A stretch of DNA of 62,964 nt, counting the filler, from Octopus bimaculoides (Eukaryota): the NCBI RefSeq assembly GCF_001194135.2. It is 4 parts of 4 records of this genome, joined end to end, with 100 filler letters (N's around TTAATTAATTAA, not from the genome) between each part and the next. Parts side by side here need not be neighbours in the genome. Positions count along the whole stretch, not along the records: positions 1 to 11,813 come from NC_069000.1; positions 11,914 to 25,491 come from NC_068987.1; 2 more parts are not named here. One strand, given 5' to 3'. Numbering within the stretch: the first letter of the stretch is position 1; every line of letters starts with the position of its first letter. Shown here piece by piece: positions 1 through 12,055 of the stretch. The notes beneath the pieces are model-generated. The model had not been told where the DNA came from and made no database searches. It worked only from the letters and a program-made list of their open reading frames with translations. Both the position numbers and the translations under genes were made by a program.

Positions 1-103
<103 letters not shown>

Positions 104-215
104 TATCTGAGTATACACACACATATATATACGTGTGTGTATGCACGTATGTACGTACGTACGTATAAATTTCTCACATTTCAAAATATAGAAACTCTCA
201 GCGTCCATTACTTAC

Positions 216-359
216 TGCGGATGATTTCTCTTCCATCTTTCTGGTCCTGGCATCTAAATGAAGAATCGTGATGGTCAACACGAGAAACAGTCCAAAACTT
301 ATAAAAGAAGAAATGGAAAATCGCTGCGAAATGATTCTCCCCACTTTTGCGATATCCAT
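216..359 (-). CDS. Probable first coding exon of a gene continuing off the left edge: [48 protein letters not shown] (signal-anchor/type II membrane N-terminus)
   Basis: ATG at 359-357 in context caccacaATGG; 48 open codons with the hydrophobic stretch [16 protein letters not shown]; ends in phase 0 at a consensus donor GCA|GTAAGT (215-210); about 210 nt of ATG-free leader upstream. Too short for the ORF track. Confidence 0.65.
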
Positions 360-559
360 TGTGGTGACGGTCGTCCGTGCTGCCTCTTATTTCGTTTTGG
401 TTTTATGATAAAACTGAAGTTGATGTAAGCTGGAGATTATAATTGTGAGCTTCTCGCTTTTGGATCGTAACTGAAGATTGTTAACGTGTGATTCTCGCTT
501 TTTGATTTTGTTCACTCTCCACAACCCAACTCTGCCGGAAATTCAATTGTAAATTCAGG

Positions 560-625
560 AACCAATGAGATTGATATAACAATAATTGTGGGTGTCTCCT
601 TTTAAATGACACCTTTTGTGATTGG
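560..625 (-). promoter_or_regulatory. Candidate core promoter for the 359-216 exon
   Basis: The minus strand reads CCAAT (625-621) then TTTAAAAG (about 606-599), the latter sitting inside a GGTGTC/GACACC 6-bp inverted repeat. The spacing would place a start near 570-575. Confidence 0.25.
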
Positions 626-1619
626 ATGGAGATGATCTACGATTGACACACGCAATACTCAGCAAAATATTTTACTGACATCGGCAGAAATTTGTAAAAT
701 GAAACAGAAATTCCAGTTTATTTTAGGATTCTAATATATTTATTTCCTAATGTTTGTATTTATTTTACTTTGTTATTTCTCCGACTCCGTTTTAATATTC
801 ATTTAGGGGACTACTTTGTTTGTTCAATATCTGTACATACGATAACTGCAAAGCATTATTTAATGAAGTCTAGTTTTTTTTATTGATTAGTTCATAACAA
901 CATGATGTTAAAGATTATTCGAATTTATTTACACTTTTTATGTTTCTGCTGATGACAAATTTATGATAACCAAAATGTCTTATCTGTTTGTGCGCGCACG
1001 TGTCAGTGATTGTATCTGTGTGTGTGTAGTACCATACAATTGTAGAAATCATTAGAATGTATGTATTCCAACATGCAGGACGCCGAGAACAACCGGTGGG
1101 GGCTTCAGTATATATTAGTCATCGTCGGTATTGACTAGTATTTGAATTTATAATCTATAGCGAGTGACACAGCCTGAAAGAGGCTTATTGTTCAAGCCAC
1201 AGATGGCCTTGTCATGACTTCATTTCGAGTGGACCATATCTTACGATGACAACGCACGCATACATAGCCATCCAACACTGGGATTGATGAGGTACTAGAT
1301 CTGGTTAGGGCAGATGCAGCGAGCTCCCGGGTACCTCAGATATAATCAAAATATGTGCGCCAACCCCATCGCAGCAGTGGTTTTATATCGGTTCTATTTC
1401 CTAGGTGAATGACCTCCAGACCGACCACCTCCATCTACCCGAAGTCACACACGCTAGTCAACCGATAGCTGGGACCTTTACACGTGCTACTACCCTGGGT
1501 CAGAGTAGAGCTGGGAACACCAGTGGGCAAGAGATGGTTCCACACTCCTCAAAGCTCAAGAAATGTCGTACCATGGCTCCCAACACCGGATGTAATTTAA
1601 AGTCTTACCCATATATATG

Positions 1620-2040
1620 TATGTATTCAGGTGCATGTGTTCAGATAAACACATGCCTATGTACCTTATCCAATGTAAGTTGTTCATCCATGATTCTCTT
1701 CGGTTCTTTTCTTTTCTCTCTTTCCTTTCTTTTCTCTCTTTCCTTTCTGTCTCTTATTCTAGCATGTTTATTGTGGTCCTCTCAGGGCCCGTAAATTATT
1801 ATGATGAGGATCTGTGTATTTTTATAAATTCTGACTTCTGCCTTCGGAATATAACTGAGATACTCTTGGATTCAACTTTTCTATATGCAAATCGACTTGT
1901 GTTGCTAAACACTTATCAAGCGGCTTAATTCAGATTCATTACATGCCTCTGTGATTATTTGTTGCACAGCACCTGACGAGGGCAGCTATTCTGCTTGATG
2001 TCACGGGAATAATCGAAGACTTCATAAATAAATGATGCTA
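1620..2040 (+). mobile_element. Highly degenerate Penelope-like 3' end (GIY-YIG remnant plus hammerhead-like motif)
   Basis: Remnant peptide FRCMCSDKHMPMYLIQCKL resembles the start of a PLE GIY-YIG domain; LNT..SGLN-like terminus near 1905-1930; CTGACGA-G-GGCAG..CTGCT at 1973-1995; aataaa follows. Confidence 0.3.
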
Positions 2041-3084
2041 TTAAAATATATGTGTGTGTATATGTGTGTGTACAGATATATATATTTTTTTACAATGGTG
2101 TAATGTTTTCATTAATCAAAGTAGCCACTAAGCCACGCGCCTCCACAATAAATTACAGAAACTAAATCAAATTAGTGAATGAAATTAACAAGAATATTAC
2201 TTGCACTTATACATTAGTTCAACCAGCAAAAAGTTAAATTGATAAATAACTAATAATAAATAAATAGATAAATAAATAACAATAAATAAGTATATAGATA
2301 GAAAAATAAATAAACAAAAAAGTAAATAAAGCTGAGAAATGGCTTGATAAGAAAATTTAAGTCACTATTCTATAAGATGGGTGCAAGGTATAATGTAATT
2401 AGAATGTGCTTATAAAGTGTATAAAGGCCTAAAATGGTGAGTATAACTACATGAAGGTTTAAAAATTAAGTGAAGTAGTAGGAAGATACTATGATTGGAT
2501 AGCTGTGTAAATATAAATAGGTAGAAATAAATACAATGGTGGGGAACAATAAAGAAAGGTTCAAAATCAATATAGAGCCTAAAAAGGGGGGAATCAGATA
2601 TACAAATTAGCCTTGATATATACTATGAATAACTAATTATCTATTTATATATATTTAGAAAAAAAAATTTCCCATGTGTAGACAAGATTTACTTCACTCA
2701 TCTATATGATTAAGGAGAGAGAATTTTGCAGAGAGGATGAAAAATTTTTCCCTTAAACATACAAAAAAATTTTTTTTATTAATTTGATAAGAAGGTGCAG
2801 AGGCTAATATCTCCCATTTGAAATCATAATGCATATTCTTATCTTTTAACTCCCAAATAAAATTACTCAGACCTGTTGAGTTAGATTTATGTTTAGTCCT
2901 AAAAGTTTGAAGATGCGTTACGATACGTTTCTTTACTTAGTTTTGCGTGACGCCGACAAAAGAATGTTTATTTCCTAAAGCTGTTACAGTACATTGATAT
3001 ATTACGCTTTTTCTCCTGCATGCATTCTTAAGTAAGCAATTATTCTCAATCCAGAAATCACAATTATTGGTTATATTATTACTA

Positions 3085-4420
3085 TTAAGTAACTTTTTAT
3101 ATTGTCATAAAGAGATCGAATGAGGCTCGTTAAATTTTCCGGACACCATATCTTCAAGACAACTCGAAGTGTTAACCGGTTTACAGTATCAAAGGTCTCG
3201 GTATGATAGAAGATTCGGTCCAGATTCAGTCGTTGTTTTCTGCACTTCTCTTGGACCTGTCAGATTGTGAAGATCTTATCAGAATGTGAAGAAAAGTTGT
3301 ACCACATCAATTTTACACCTACCAATACATCGTCATTTGTGGATGGATCGTCGATCTGGTGGATCAGCAGTGTCTGCACAGGCCTTTCGATTAAAGCAGG
3401 ACTTGCTATTGTCTCGCGAGCCAAAACATCGCTAAAAGATGCCGCCATCTAGTTTTGATTTCCTCTCATTTGCGTCTCATTGCGTCACCAGACTTTATAT
3501 GCAGAGGAACGAAGACGAACGATGGTGGGCTATAGAATGCTCGTAGCTCTTGGTACAACGATTTCGAATCCGGTTTCTCAGCAGATGTCTGTTAAACTCG
3601 CAAATCCCGCTGACCCTTAGTTTTGTATTCTTTAAAACGTTTCTCTGACTTATTCTGTTCACGTCTCGGCGGAGAAAAACAACCAACTTGTTAAGTGCCG
3701 CATTTTTTATTCCAACAAATTTGTTACAAATCTTCTGTTTTCTTTCAATAAATCCCAGCCTTAGAACTAGCAACTTCATAGAATTGTTCACAAACACTTA
3801 CAGAATGTTCAAAGTGTGATTATCAGTCGCCGTCACTGCTTCTTTGTATTGTCTAAATACTGCAGAAAAGTTTCATTTAGAAGTATCAACCCACCAAGGC
3901 GCCTTCGTACTTCACAACTCAGCCTTTTAGGGATAGTGATCGCCAGTGTAATCAAGGAAAAGAACATATCATCCGTCCAAAATTCATCGCCTTGCAATAC
4001 CGGACAGCTCTACATAACCAAAACATAACTGCGAAAACAAATCTTGATTCTTGATTGGGTTGCCGGTTTAGTCATCGACTGTCCGATCTTGCAACAGACG
4101 CACTGAGTTAAACACACACACACACACACACACTTTTGAAGTTGGTTTTTATTATAAGTGGCTGAATACAAACATTGTCTTGTCGCATCAGTACAAAATC
4201 CATTTGACCGGGGACGCTATTTCAAAGATCCCGATATTCATACGTAAATATACATATTGTGGTTTCTTTTTATCGCAATTTTTGTTGTCGTGATCGAACA
4301 TGGCACGCAAGTATTTGCATGGTGGATGTGATGTCTCCCAAATATCCACCTTCTCGTTGACATTATATCCTCGTTTATCTAAGGACCATTCTACACCACC
4401 CAACACACAATGATGAGTCA
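3085..4420 (-). mobile_element. Degenerate RTE-clade LINE fragment (APE end to RT start)
   Basis: Frameshifted minus-strand translation gives (K)IFTI.QVQEKCRKQRLNL..TFDTVNR..CPENLTSLIRSLYD, matching the RTE RT motif MIF..RQ.QEKC.E...AFD.V.R. Upstream remnants IWETSHPPCKY and RLLQD resemble the end of the APE domain. Interrupted by (CA)n at about 4111-4134. Confidence 0.65.
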
Positions 4421-5209
4421 TGTTGGTTATAGTGTGACAGTCTTAACGTATCACACAGTTTAGAAATAGTATTTTTGTTTACCCAGAGTATATTTGTACG
4501 TCAATTTGCTTTCTTTATTCTGTCTTTTGTATGTGTGATGTAAATGTTGTAAAGGAAATTATATAACTCCTAGTATTTTTCTTTGCTGTCATTTACCATT
4601 TCTCTGCTTTTGAGTGAGAGAATTCGTCGTATTTGATGCTCCCTGAGGATTTTATTTGCTACTGTTGTACATCGGTGTTTAAAGACTGGTACGAGGATGT
4701 GAGAATTATTTGTTACGATTATGAGGACGACCATTGATTTTGTGGTGGGATTGCGAGTTTGTATAGATATAAGTTTAAAATAATTGCTGAAAGGACCATT
4801 ATTTGCATTCCTGTCAAAAATGACGAAAGTATCATATATTTCTATGATATTACTTCAAGTGGGGTTTGTTAATATTTAAGAGAGAACACAAAATACAGTT
4901 AAACGAAATATTATTTTATTTCCACATTTTAATATGATGAACCGATCCTTATACAACGTTTTCTAGAATTATTCGCTCAGCTTTGCATTGTTCCATTAGC
5001 ATAATTCTCACATTCTCTGGCGCCTATTTTCTCTCCATTATAATATTTTTCTGTTAACTAGTAGGGCAGATCATTTTAACGATTTATATAACTAGGATAA
5101 AAAATTATCAAACAAAATTTAAAATGTCTTTATCGTTTTATGATATTATATTGTCTTGTAATTGGTTAACATAAGTTTTCATAGAGAAGCAAATTCAACT
5201 ATGTTCCGT

Positions 5210-5709
5210 TCAATATTTACTGCACACAACGCAGGTTAATTCTTGGCCATTAAAATACGGTGGACATGGCAATGAACCACAGATAGCCTGAACAAAATAT
5301 AATAAAGCTCCATTTTCGTCTCTGTAACCTGCTGGATCAGCTTCTGGTGCATGGTCCACACACACATATTCATGTCTGCCCGGATGATCGAAACGCTCGC
5401 TCATTAAATATCCTGAATATTCAGTTTTCCAACCAGAGTAACACTTTGTCCTCGCTGGTAACATCATAACAACAGCAGATAATTGTGTCAAACAGACAGC
5501 ACACGGAACGTTGTGTTCATGAATTTCCTTAGTGTTAGCGAAAGAAAAGAGTTTTTTAGTAGGATAAGTGTCTAGTTGATATTCACTACCATATATGCGA
5601 CCGGCTGCTTCAACCTCTGTAGTATAATTGGCCCAAATAGGATCGTTAGGTAGACATAAGAGATTACTTCCGCCACCTCCTTCGGTATAGAATTGTCCAC
5701 CAACCACAC
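5210..5709 (-). CDS. Terminal coding exon of a short-chain collagen C4-like (invertebrate Cys-rich C-terminal domain) protein
   Basis: Acceptor ttcttaccatttctAG|G at 5711-5710, phase 1. Encodes GGGSNLLCLP..P, IYGSEY, HNVPCAVC, MMLPARTKCYSGWKTEYSGYLMS, EYVCVD, NGALLY, CGSLPCPPY and ELTCVVCSK, all hallmark motifs of this family. Stop at 5212-5210; AATAAA at 4920-4915. The first 36 aa of the track ORF are intron. Confidence 0.92.
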
Positions 5710-6632
5710 CTAGAAATGGTAAGAATATATGAAGTAAGTAACATATAAAGAAGACTTGTAAAATAAAGAAGAGGAACTTTTCAAGATTATAGACAGACAC
5801 AAATATCTCACGCATGATTTCTGTATGTGTGGTTCGTTGAGTATCTGTGTGTTTGACTCTATGAGAGTTTGCGTGTTTCTGAGCATTTGTATTTATGTGT
5901 GCGTGTATGTACGTTGAGTATACTTACCTGTATACTTCTTGTGTGTACACGCTAGTGTCTATGTGAGGCAATCAGCTGTGTTTCCTCCAAATTGGAAAAG
6001 ATGCTTTTGCTTACATTTTAAACGAAATAATATAGAACATCGGTGCAGACCAGTACTAAATACGGCGAAGTACAGAGAATTGTTGGGCGACGGGCAATTA
6101 AACGTTAGTTAATCGAACGTACAGAGGTGGGTAGCCAAACCTTTCATTTAGTAGTTAAAACACACGCCTGCATACTCGTTGGGGTTACGTAGGCTTTCTT
6201 TGCTGCATCGCTGAGGTTATTTTACGCTTAAATGAAAGTGAGAGAAGGAATTGTAAGGTTTAGTTAAGAATAAATTGCTGGTAGGGACAGAAGCAGCTAA
6301 AGGATCAAGCTTGGGTAATGAAAAGGTAAAATTGTTTATTTTGTATCAATTCGGCGAAAGGGAGACGAATAGACGGACTAAACTCAATTGTCATTTATAG
6401 ACTTTCTTACTGATATATACACTCCGTTTATATTTTAGTAAATATCAGATCATTAAGAACGAAATGTTCAATTTCCTTATGCACCAAGTTTGACAGTCGT
6501 TAACTCTGATGTTTTGTCCTGACAATTCTTTGTTTTACAGCATTGAAAAGTTACATCATCACTATTCGAAATGCAATTCATGGTGTCTGATTATATTGTG
6601 ATTTTCTCTTGTAAATCAATTTTTGTGAATCC

Positions 6633-7389
6633 ATGGATAGATAAAAAATTCGTGTTGTTTATGAATATGAGTTTCGTCGTGGAACCAATGCATCCCAGAT
6701 AGCTCGAAACATCAATGAGGTGTTTGATGAAGATGTGGCAAATGAGTGCACTGTACGTCGATGGTTTAAGTTCTGGTTTGGTGACTTTACTCTTGAAAAT
6801 CAGCCCTGTGGTAAACCTGAGACCAAGGTGGATAATGCTGAGCTGTAGTGGAAGTGAATACATCTCAAACTATGTGTGAGTTAGCAGCAAGGTTTGATGT
6901 TTCGATTCCAACAGTATTGAACCATCTGAAACAAATCGGCAAGGTAAATAAGTTGGACAAGTGGGTACCACACGAACTGAACGAGCATCACATGACATGT
7001 CGTCGTGAAACTTGTTGTTACGGCATAAAAGCGAACCATTTTTGCATCGTATTTTTACGTGTGACGAACAATGGATTCTTTTTAACAATAGCAAACGTTC
7101 TGTGCGGTGGTTGGATAGAGACGAAGTGCCAAAACACAATCCAAAAAAGAATATTCACCAAAAAAAGCTAATGGTGTCTGTTTGGTGGTCCAGTGCTGGT
7201 GTCATCCACTACAGCTTCATGAGACCTGGTAATTACAGCGGATGTATACATCAACCAATTGGATGAAATGATGAGTGAACTTGCAATTAAACAACCGAGA
7301 TTGATCAATAAAGACAGGCCATTTCTCTTGCAAGACAATGCTCGACCACATGTTGCACAAAGAACGCTAATCAAGTTACAGGAACTGAC
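6633..7389 (+). mobile_element. Degenerate mariner transposase, 3'-truncated, in an intron of the C4-like gene
   Basis: MDR*KIRVVYEYEFRRG..., WVPHEL, TCDEQW, KKLMVSVWW and QDNARPH motifs with stops and frameshifts; ends before YSPDL. The element probably extends 5' to about 6310. Confidence 0.9.
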
Positions 7390-7699
7390 CTGCTAAATGG
7401 CGGTCGGGATTTCTTTATGATGATGCACTGAGGAATTACGCTGTGAGAGGGTCTGTAGAATATAAATGATTTGAGAGATAAGACGTGTTTGGTGAGGCAG
7501 AGAAGGTTAGTCGGTAATCAGTTGTGGTCTCTCTTACAAATATTTCCAGTCTCTTTATATTTTAGTTAATGAATACAATCTTTAGTTACCTATGTTCATG
7601 AATTAGGATATGTGAGGTGTTTACTTCACATTGAACACTGTGATCATTACAGTCACCAATTAAAATCCGTTCTCAGTATAATCAACGTGTACAGTCTGT

Positions 7700-7960
7700 G
7701 TGTTTTATTTAACCAACACCTACAAGCATTAGGTACTCCTCTAATTAATGTTAATCAAGCATTCATCGGTGGTCACTCATGTATAATTCTACTGCCCATC
7801 ACTAATGTCTCTAATGCATGGTTAATCAAACTGGCATTCTTCGTCGTTGTAGAGGACATCTTTCTGGTCATTATCTGTAGTTTGTCAGAAAGAACTTTAC
7901 ATTCTGTGGTTGCGTTCACGTGTACATAGATGACATCCTGGTCATGTGATCATACTTGGC
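7700..7960 (+). mobile_element. Possible gypsy-type RT remnant
   Basis: gtgtacatagatgacatcctggtc = VYIDDILV at about 7920-7943; weak upstream resemblance (NQAF, KLAF). Confidence 0.3.
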
Positions 7961-8101
7961 CACATTCATACTTCTGATGACATCAAATGAATACAACGGA
8001 GTAAGTAGTCTTGAGTAACCTCAGAGAGAATCTACGAGCGCTGTTTAAAACGTGACATACTATAATAGGATATACGTTTGTGTAGATCATAAAGAGGGAG
8101 G

Positions 8102-8135
<34 letters not shown>

Positions 8136-8268
8136 AAGAAGGATGGACGGAAAGAGAGAGAAAAGACAAAGAAAGAAACAAAGAGACAAACAAACAAACA
8201 AACAAACAAAAAAGAAAGAAAGAAAGGGAGGGAAGGAACGAGAGATTAGAAATATGAAATATACTAAC

Positions 8269-8343
8269 CATCATATATCAGAATTGAATTACGTGGACAG
8301 GTTGTTCTACCCCACCGGGTATACAGTGACCCAGGACCGGGTC
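8269..8343 (-). CDS. Internal exon of the C4-like gene: (R)PGPGSLYTRWGRTTCPRNSILIYD(G)
   Basis: Acceptor ttttttaatttcacAG (8345-8344), donor G|GTTAGT (8268-8263), 75 nt, phase 1/1. Contains the family motif YxRWGRTTCP and joins in frame to the 5709 exon (YDG|VVGGQFY). Confidence 0.92.
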
Positions 8344-10992
8344 CTGTGAAATTAAAAAAGGAACAACGTAGTGTAGCAGAAATGATTAGTCAAACGTTTA
8401 GGAAAAAATTTCTTGACTATAAATTAATGAATTGGGGGGAAAATGATTGAGGAAGGAGGGATAGGTGGGTAACTGATAGAGAAGAAAGAAAGAAAGAAAG
8501 AAAGGAAATATTGAGACCATTCTTGACGTTGTTGTCAAAGAATAGTCTCAATGAGTCTTTAATGAATTTTGGCTCATTAAAGAAAAAGCTAGGTCAAAAT
8601 ACATCAAATTAAAGTGGGAGAGTAAGGCGAAAAGTTGATTTTAATTCAGAATATATTAATTTTTATAAAAGGATTGTATAGATTAATTGGGATTAAAAGA
8701 ATATGCTTATCGATGAAAAGATTTTTGCTTGGAAAAAAATATTTTTGTCATTTAAGCTATATAGTATCTGAGTTCATTGATCACTTAGCTTAATGGTAGT
8801 TAGTGCTAAAACGGAGTTAGCGAGGTATTGGGGTTTGATTCTCACTAACCGCTATGAGCACTATGAGAAGAATCTTATAGTGAAAACCTCATCAAAGAAT
8901 ATTTGCTATAAAATCAGTTCTATGGCTTTAAATGGGGGAAAAGTAAAGGTAATCATTTTCAGAAATCAAAATATTTATGTTTTTCAGAGAAGACATTTAT
9001 CATTTGATTTTCAATAGAAGCGTTCGTCGTGACGAAGCTGTTGGAGAAAAGTCCTGAAAATATTACGCATACAATAGGTACGAAATTTTAAGCGATTTCA
9101 TAATTAATCTTTTTTATTCTTTTTATGCATTAGATATGTAGATATTAAAAAGATGTTAAAAAATAAATTTTTCTCTCATTACAACAACGGATTGTTAATG
9201 GTTTAATTAGTATATAACATCATTTTATAATAAAAATTGTTTCAAAATATATTTATTTGTACTAATTCTTAGTTATTTTTAAGCGCAAACAGAATTTAAG
9301 CTTCGAAAAATATCAATATTTGAAAGATGTTTACGAGAGTACCACATTTTTTTTTTTTTTTTTTTTCATTAAAAAGGTGAATAGAATTAATTATGATAAA
9401 AGAACTAGAACGAAAAATAAGGCTGCAGAATTCTAGAATATCCGTAAATATTGAATCTGGATATGAATATAAAATGCAATAATTAATCCTCGAAAAGTGC
9501 AGAGCATAAAAATAGAAAGCTTTAAATAATACTGCTGAAGTTAGAATTGAAAACAAAACTAATAATAAATACACTTTTATATCTTTTATTTAGCAAATGC
9601 TATCTTTAGCAGCAATATTCCCAGTTAAACATGCCATGCTTATTTTGGTTTCCGTGCTTATCATTAATTACGGTCAGGAATGTTGGGTAATGACTGAAAT
9701 AGTACGACAGAGAATACAATCATCCGGAATGAGGATCCTGTGAGGGATCTCTGGAGTAACGTTATTCGACAGGGAGCGTTGCTCAGAGATCAGGAAGTGT
9801 TTCCAGGTCGAACCTCGGCTTCACGACATAGAGAGGTCACATTTCCGGTACTACGGACATGCGATTTGAATCTCACAGCAAAGAATCACAAAATGGTTTC
9901 TTCAAGTTGCATCAGCAGACAGAAAAATCATATTTTTCCTGATTATAGTCATACATATATACACAAAATTACCATCGTATATTGATGTTGCCCTCTACAT
10001 ATAGAAATGCCAATACAGGGAATATCATAGCATTATAGAGTTGCTTTTCATTTAGGAAATTATTGTAAAGTAGAAAATATTTTCAAATGAATTTAGGCAA
10101 GTAATTTAATGCTGTGTGTATGTGTGTGTGCGTGTGTGTATAAATATATATATATATANNNNNNNNNNNNNNNNNNNNNNNNNNNNNNNNNNNNNNNNNN
10201 NNNNNNNNNNNNNNNNNNNNNNNNNNNNNNNNNNNNNNNNNNNNNNNNNNNNNNNNNNNNNNNNNNNNNNNNNNNNNNNNNNNNNNNNNNNNNNNNNNNN
10301 NNNNNNNNNNNNNNNNNNNNNNNNNNNNNNNNNNNNNNNNNNNNNNNNNNNNNNNNNNNNNNNNNNNNNNNNNNNNNNNNNNNNNNNNNNNNNNNNNNNN
10401 NNNNNNNNNNNNNNNNNNNNNNNNNNNNNNNNNNNNNNNNNNNNNNNNNNNNNNNNNNNNNNNNNNNNNNNNNNNNNNNNNNNNNNNNNNNNNNNNNNNN
10501 NNNNNNNNNNNNNNNNNNNNNNNNNNNNNNNNNNNNNNNNNNNNNNNNNNNNNNNNNNNNNNNNNNNNNNNNNNNNNNNNNNNNNNNNNNNNNNNNNNNN
10601 NNNNNNNNNNNNNNNNNNNNNNNNNNNNNNNNNNNNNNNNNNNNNNNNNNNNNNNNNNNNNNNNNNNNNNNNNNNNNNNNNNNNNNNNNNNNNNNNNNNN
10701 NNNNNNNNNNNNNNNNNNNNNNNNNNNNNNNNNNNNNNNNNNNNNNNNNNNNNNNNNNNNNNNNNNNNNNNNNNNNNNNNNNNNNNNNNNNNNNNNNNNN
10801 NNNNNNNNNNNNNNNNNNNNNNNNNNNNNNNNNNNNNNNNNNNNNNNNNNNNNNNNNNNNNNNNNNNNNNNNNNNNNNNNNNNNNNNNNNNNNNNNNNNN
10901 NNNNNNNNNNNNNNNNNNNNNNNNNNNNNNNNNNNNNNNNNNNNNNNNNNNNNNNNNNNNNNNNNNNNGTATGATATGAAATTAGTTCTTAC

Positions 10993-11053
10993 TTGGAGGC
11001 GTTGGCTGCTGACAAGGTTTATCATCGGCAAATTTCTTGGAGACGAAGCGATT
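10993..11053 (-). CDS. Internal exon of the C4-like gene: NRFVSKKFADDKPCQQPTPP(R)
   Basis: Acceptor tttctatttttttcacAG (11055-11054), donor A|GTAAGA (10992-10987), 61 nt, phase 0/1. Gives A|GA = Arg with the 8343 exon and a Pro-rich linker before the domain. Confidence 0.75.
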
Positions 11054-11285
11054 CTGTGAAAAAAATAGAAATAACGTCATACAAATAGAATTTCAGAAAA
11101 ATTATCACCGTTTAGAACGTAAGTTCTCAAAGTGGGCGCTACCCCCCGCCCCCGTTGGGCGTTGAGAAGGTCCAGGTGGGCGCTGGTGCCTAATGGGGTG
11201 GGGTAGGTAGAGAAAAAGGAGGCGTTGGGAAGAAGGCAGTGGACTGGGGGGGGGCATGAATTTATTTTAATATTATTTATAGTAT

Positions 11286-11337
11286 TCTTTTACTTGTTTC
11301 AGTCTTTTGACTGCGGCCATGCTGGAGCACCGCCTTT
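11286..11337 (-). mobile_element. 3' tail fragment of SINE family C
   Basis: tcttttacttgtttcagtc..gactgcggccatgctggagcaccgcc is shared with the copies at 14372, 30720, 44622 and 58501. Confidence 0.75.
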
Positions 11338-11769
11338 TTTTTATTGTATACAAATTATATAATATTATATTAAATATCAAATGATTCATAGTATATATAA
11401 ATTAGTAAAATATAAAATATCTATTTACACATGAAAATAGAGGTGGGGCGTTTTCCAGATCAGCGAGTTTGACACTGAAAAAACTTATAGTATTTTGAGA
11501 GTAGAATTAGTTTTCATCACTAGCTGGTGATTAACACAGGCTGAGGACGGTTAAGCACCCAGAAACTCGAGTCCGTGTGTATCACGTAAGGCTAGTGATA
11601 GGAGCGATGACCTCCCCTCGCAAATACTAATAGGATGCAGAATGGAAGACATGTCTTCCTGGGGCTATAAACGTCAATAGCACTGTCCTGTATATGACGC
11701 CACACTTGGTTGGCAATCAGATGTTATTTCTATATACATACATATATATGTATTTATTTATGTGTTTGT

Positions 11770-11813
<44 letters not shown>

Positions 11814-11986
11814 NNNNNNNNNNNNNNNNNNNNNNNNNNNNNNNNNNNNNNNNNNNNTTAATTAATTAANNNNNNNNNNNNNNNNNNNNNNNNNNNNNNN
11901 NNNNNNNNNNNNNAAACAAATGTGGGCAATATAAGGTAAAAAAAGGTTTACCTCTGCAGCCGATGTGACAGCACGTCCGTCAGAAG

Positions 11987-12051
<65 letters not shown>

Positions 12052-12055
12052 CTCG

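Noticed and set aside
1288-1338. let-7-like start (tgaggtac...) with an 8-bp closing stem
   Set aside because: Only the seed-like prefix matches and the hairpin interior pairs poorly; the region looks more like decayed RTE 3' sequence on the minus strand.
5710-5815. N-terminal 'transmembrane' part of track ORF 5210-5815
   Set aside because: It is the polypyrimidine intron end upstream of the acceptor.
5922-5960. Perfect CAG|GTAAGT donor 218 nt upstream of the terminal C4 exon
   Set aside because: The required phase-1 frame hits a stop within 11 codons and lacks the RWGR motif; the true exon is 8343-8269.
9973-9994. 22-nt AG..GT segment reading RATSIYD(G)
   Set aside because: It could only replace, not add to, the known exon chain; the acceptor is weak and the resemblance is probably chance.
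11858-11869. TTAATTAATTAA island inside a gap, repeated at 25536-25547 and 56936-56947
   Set aside because: An identical palindromic 12-mer, always embedded in N runs, with stops in all frames; an assembly/scaffolding filler.
11950-11990. GAG|GTAAAC donor after DGRAVTSAAE
   Set aside because: No acceptor AG upstream; it runs straight into the (GATA)n array.
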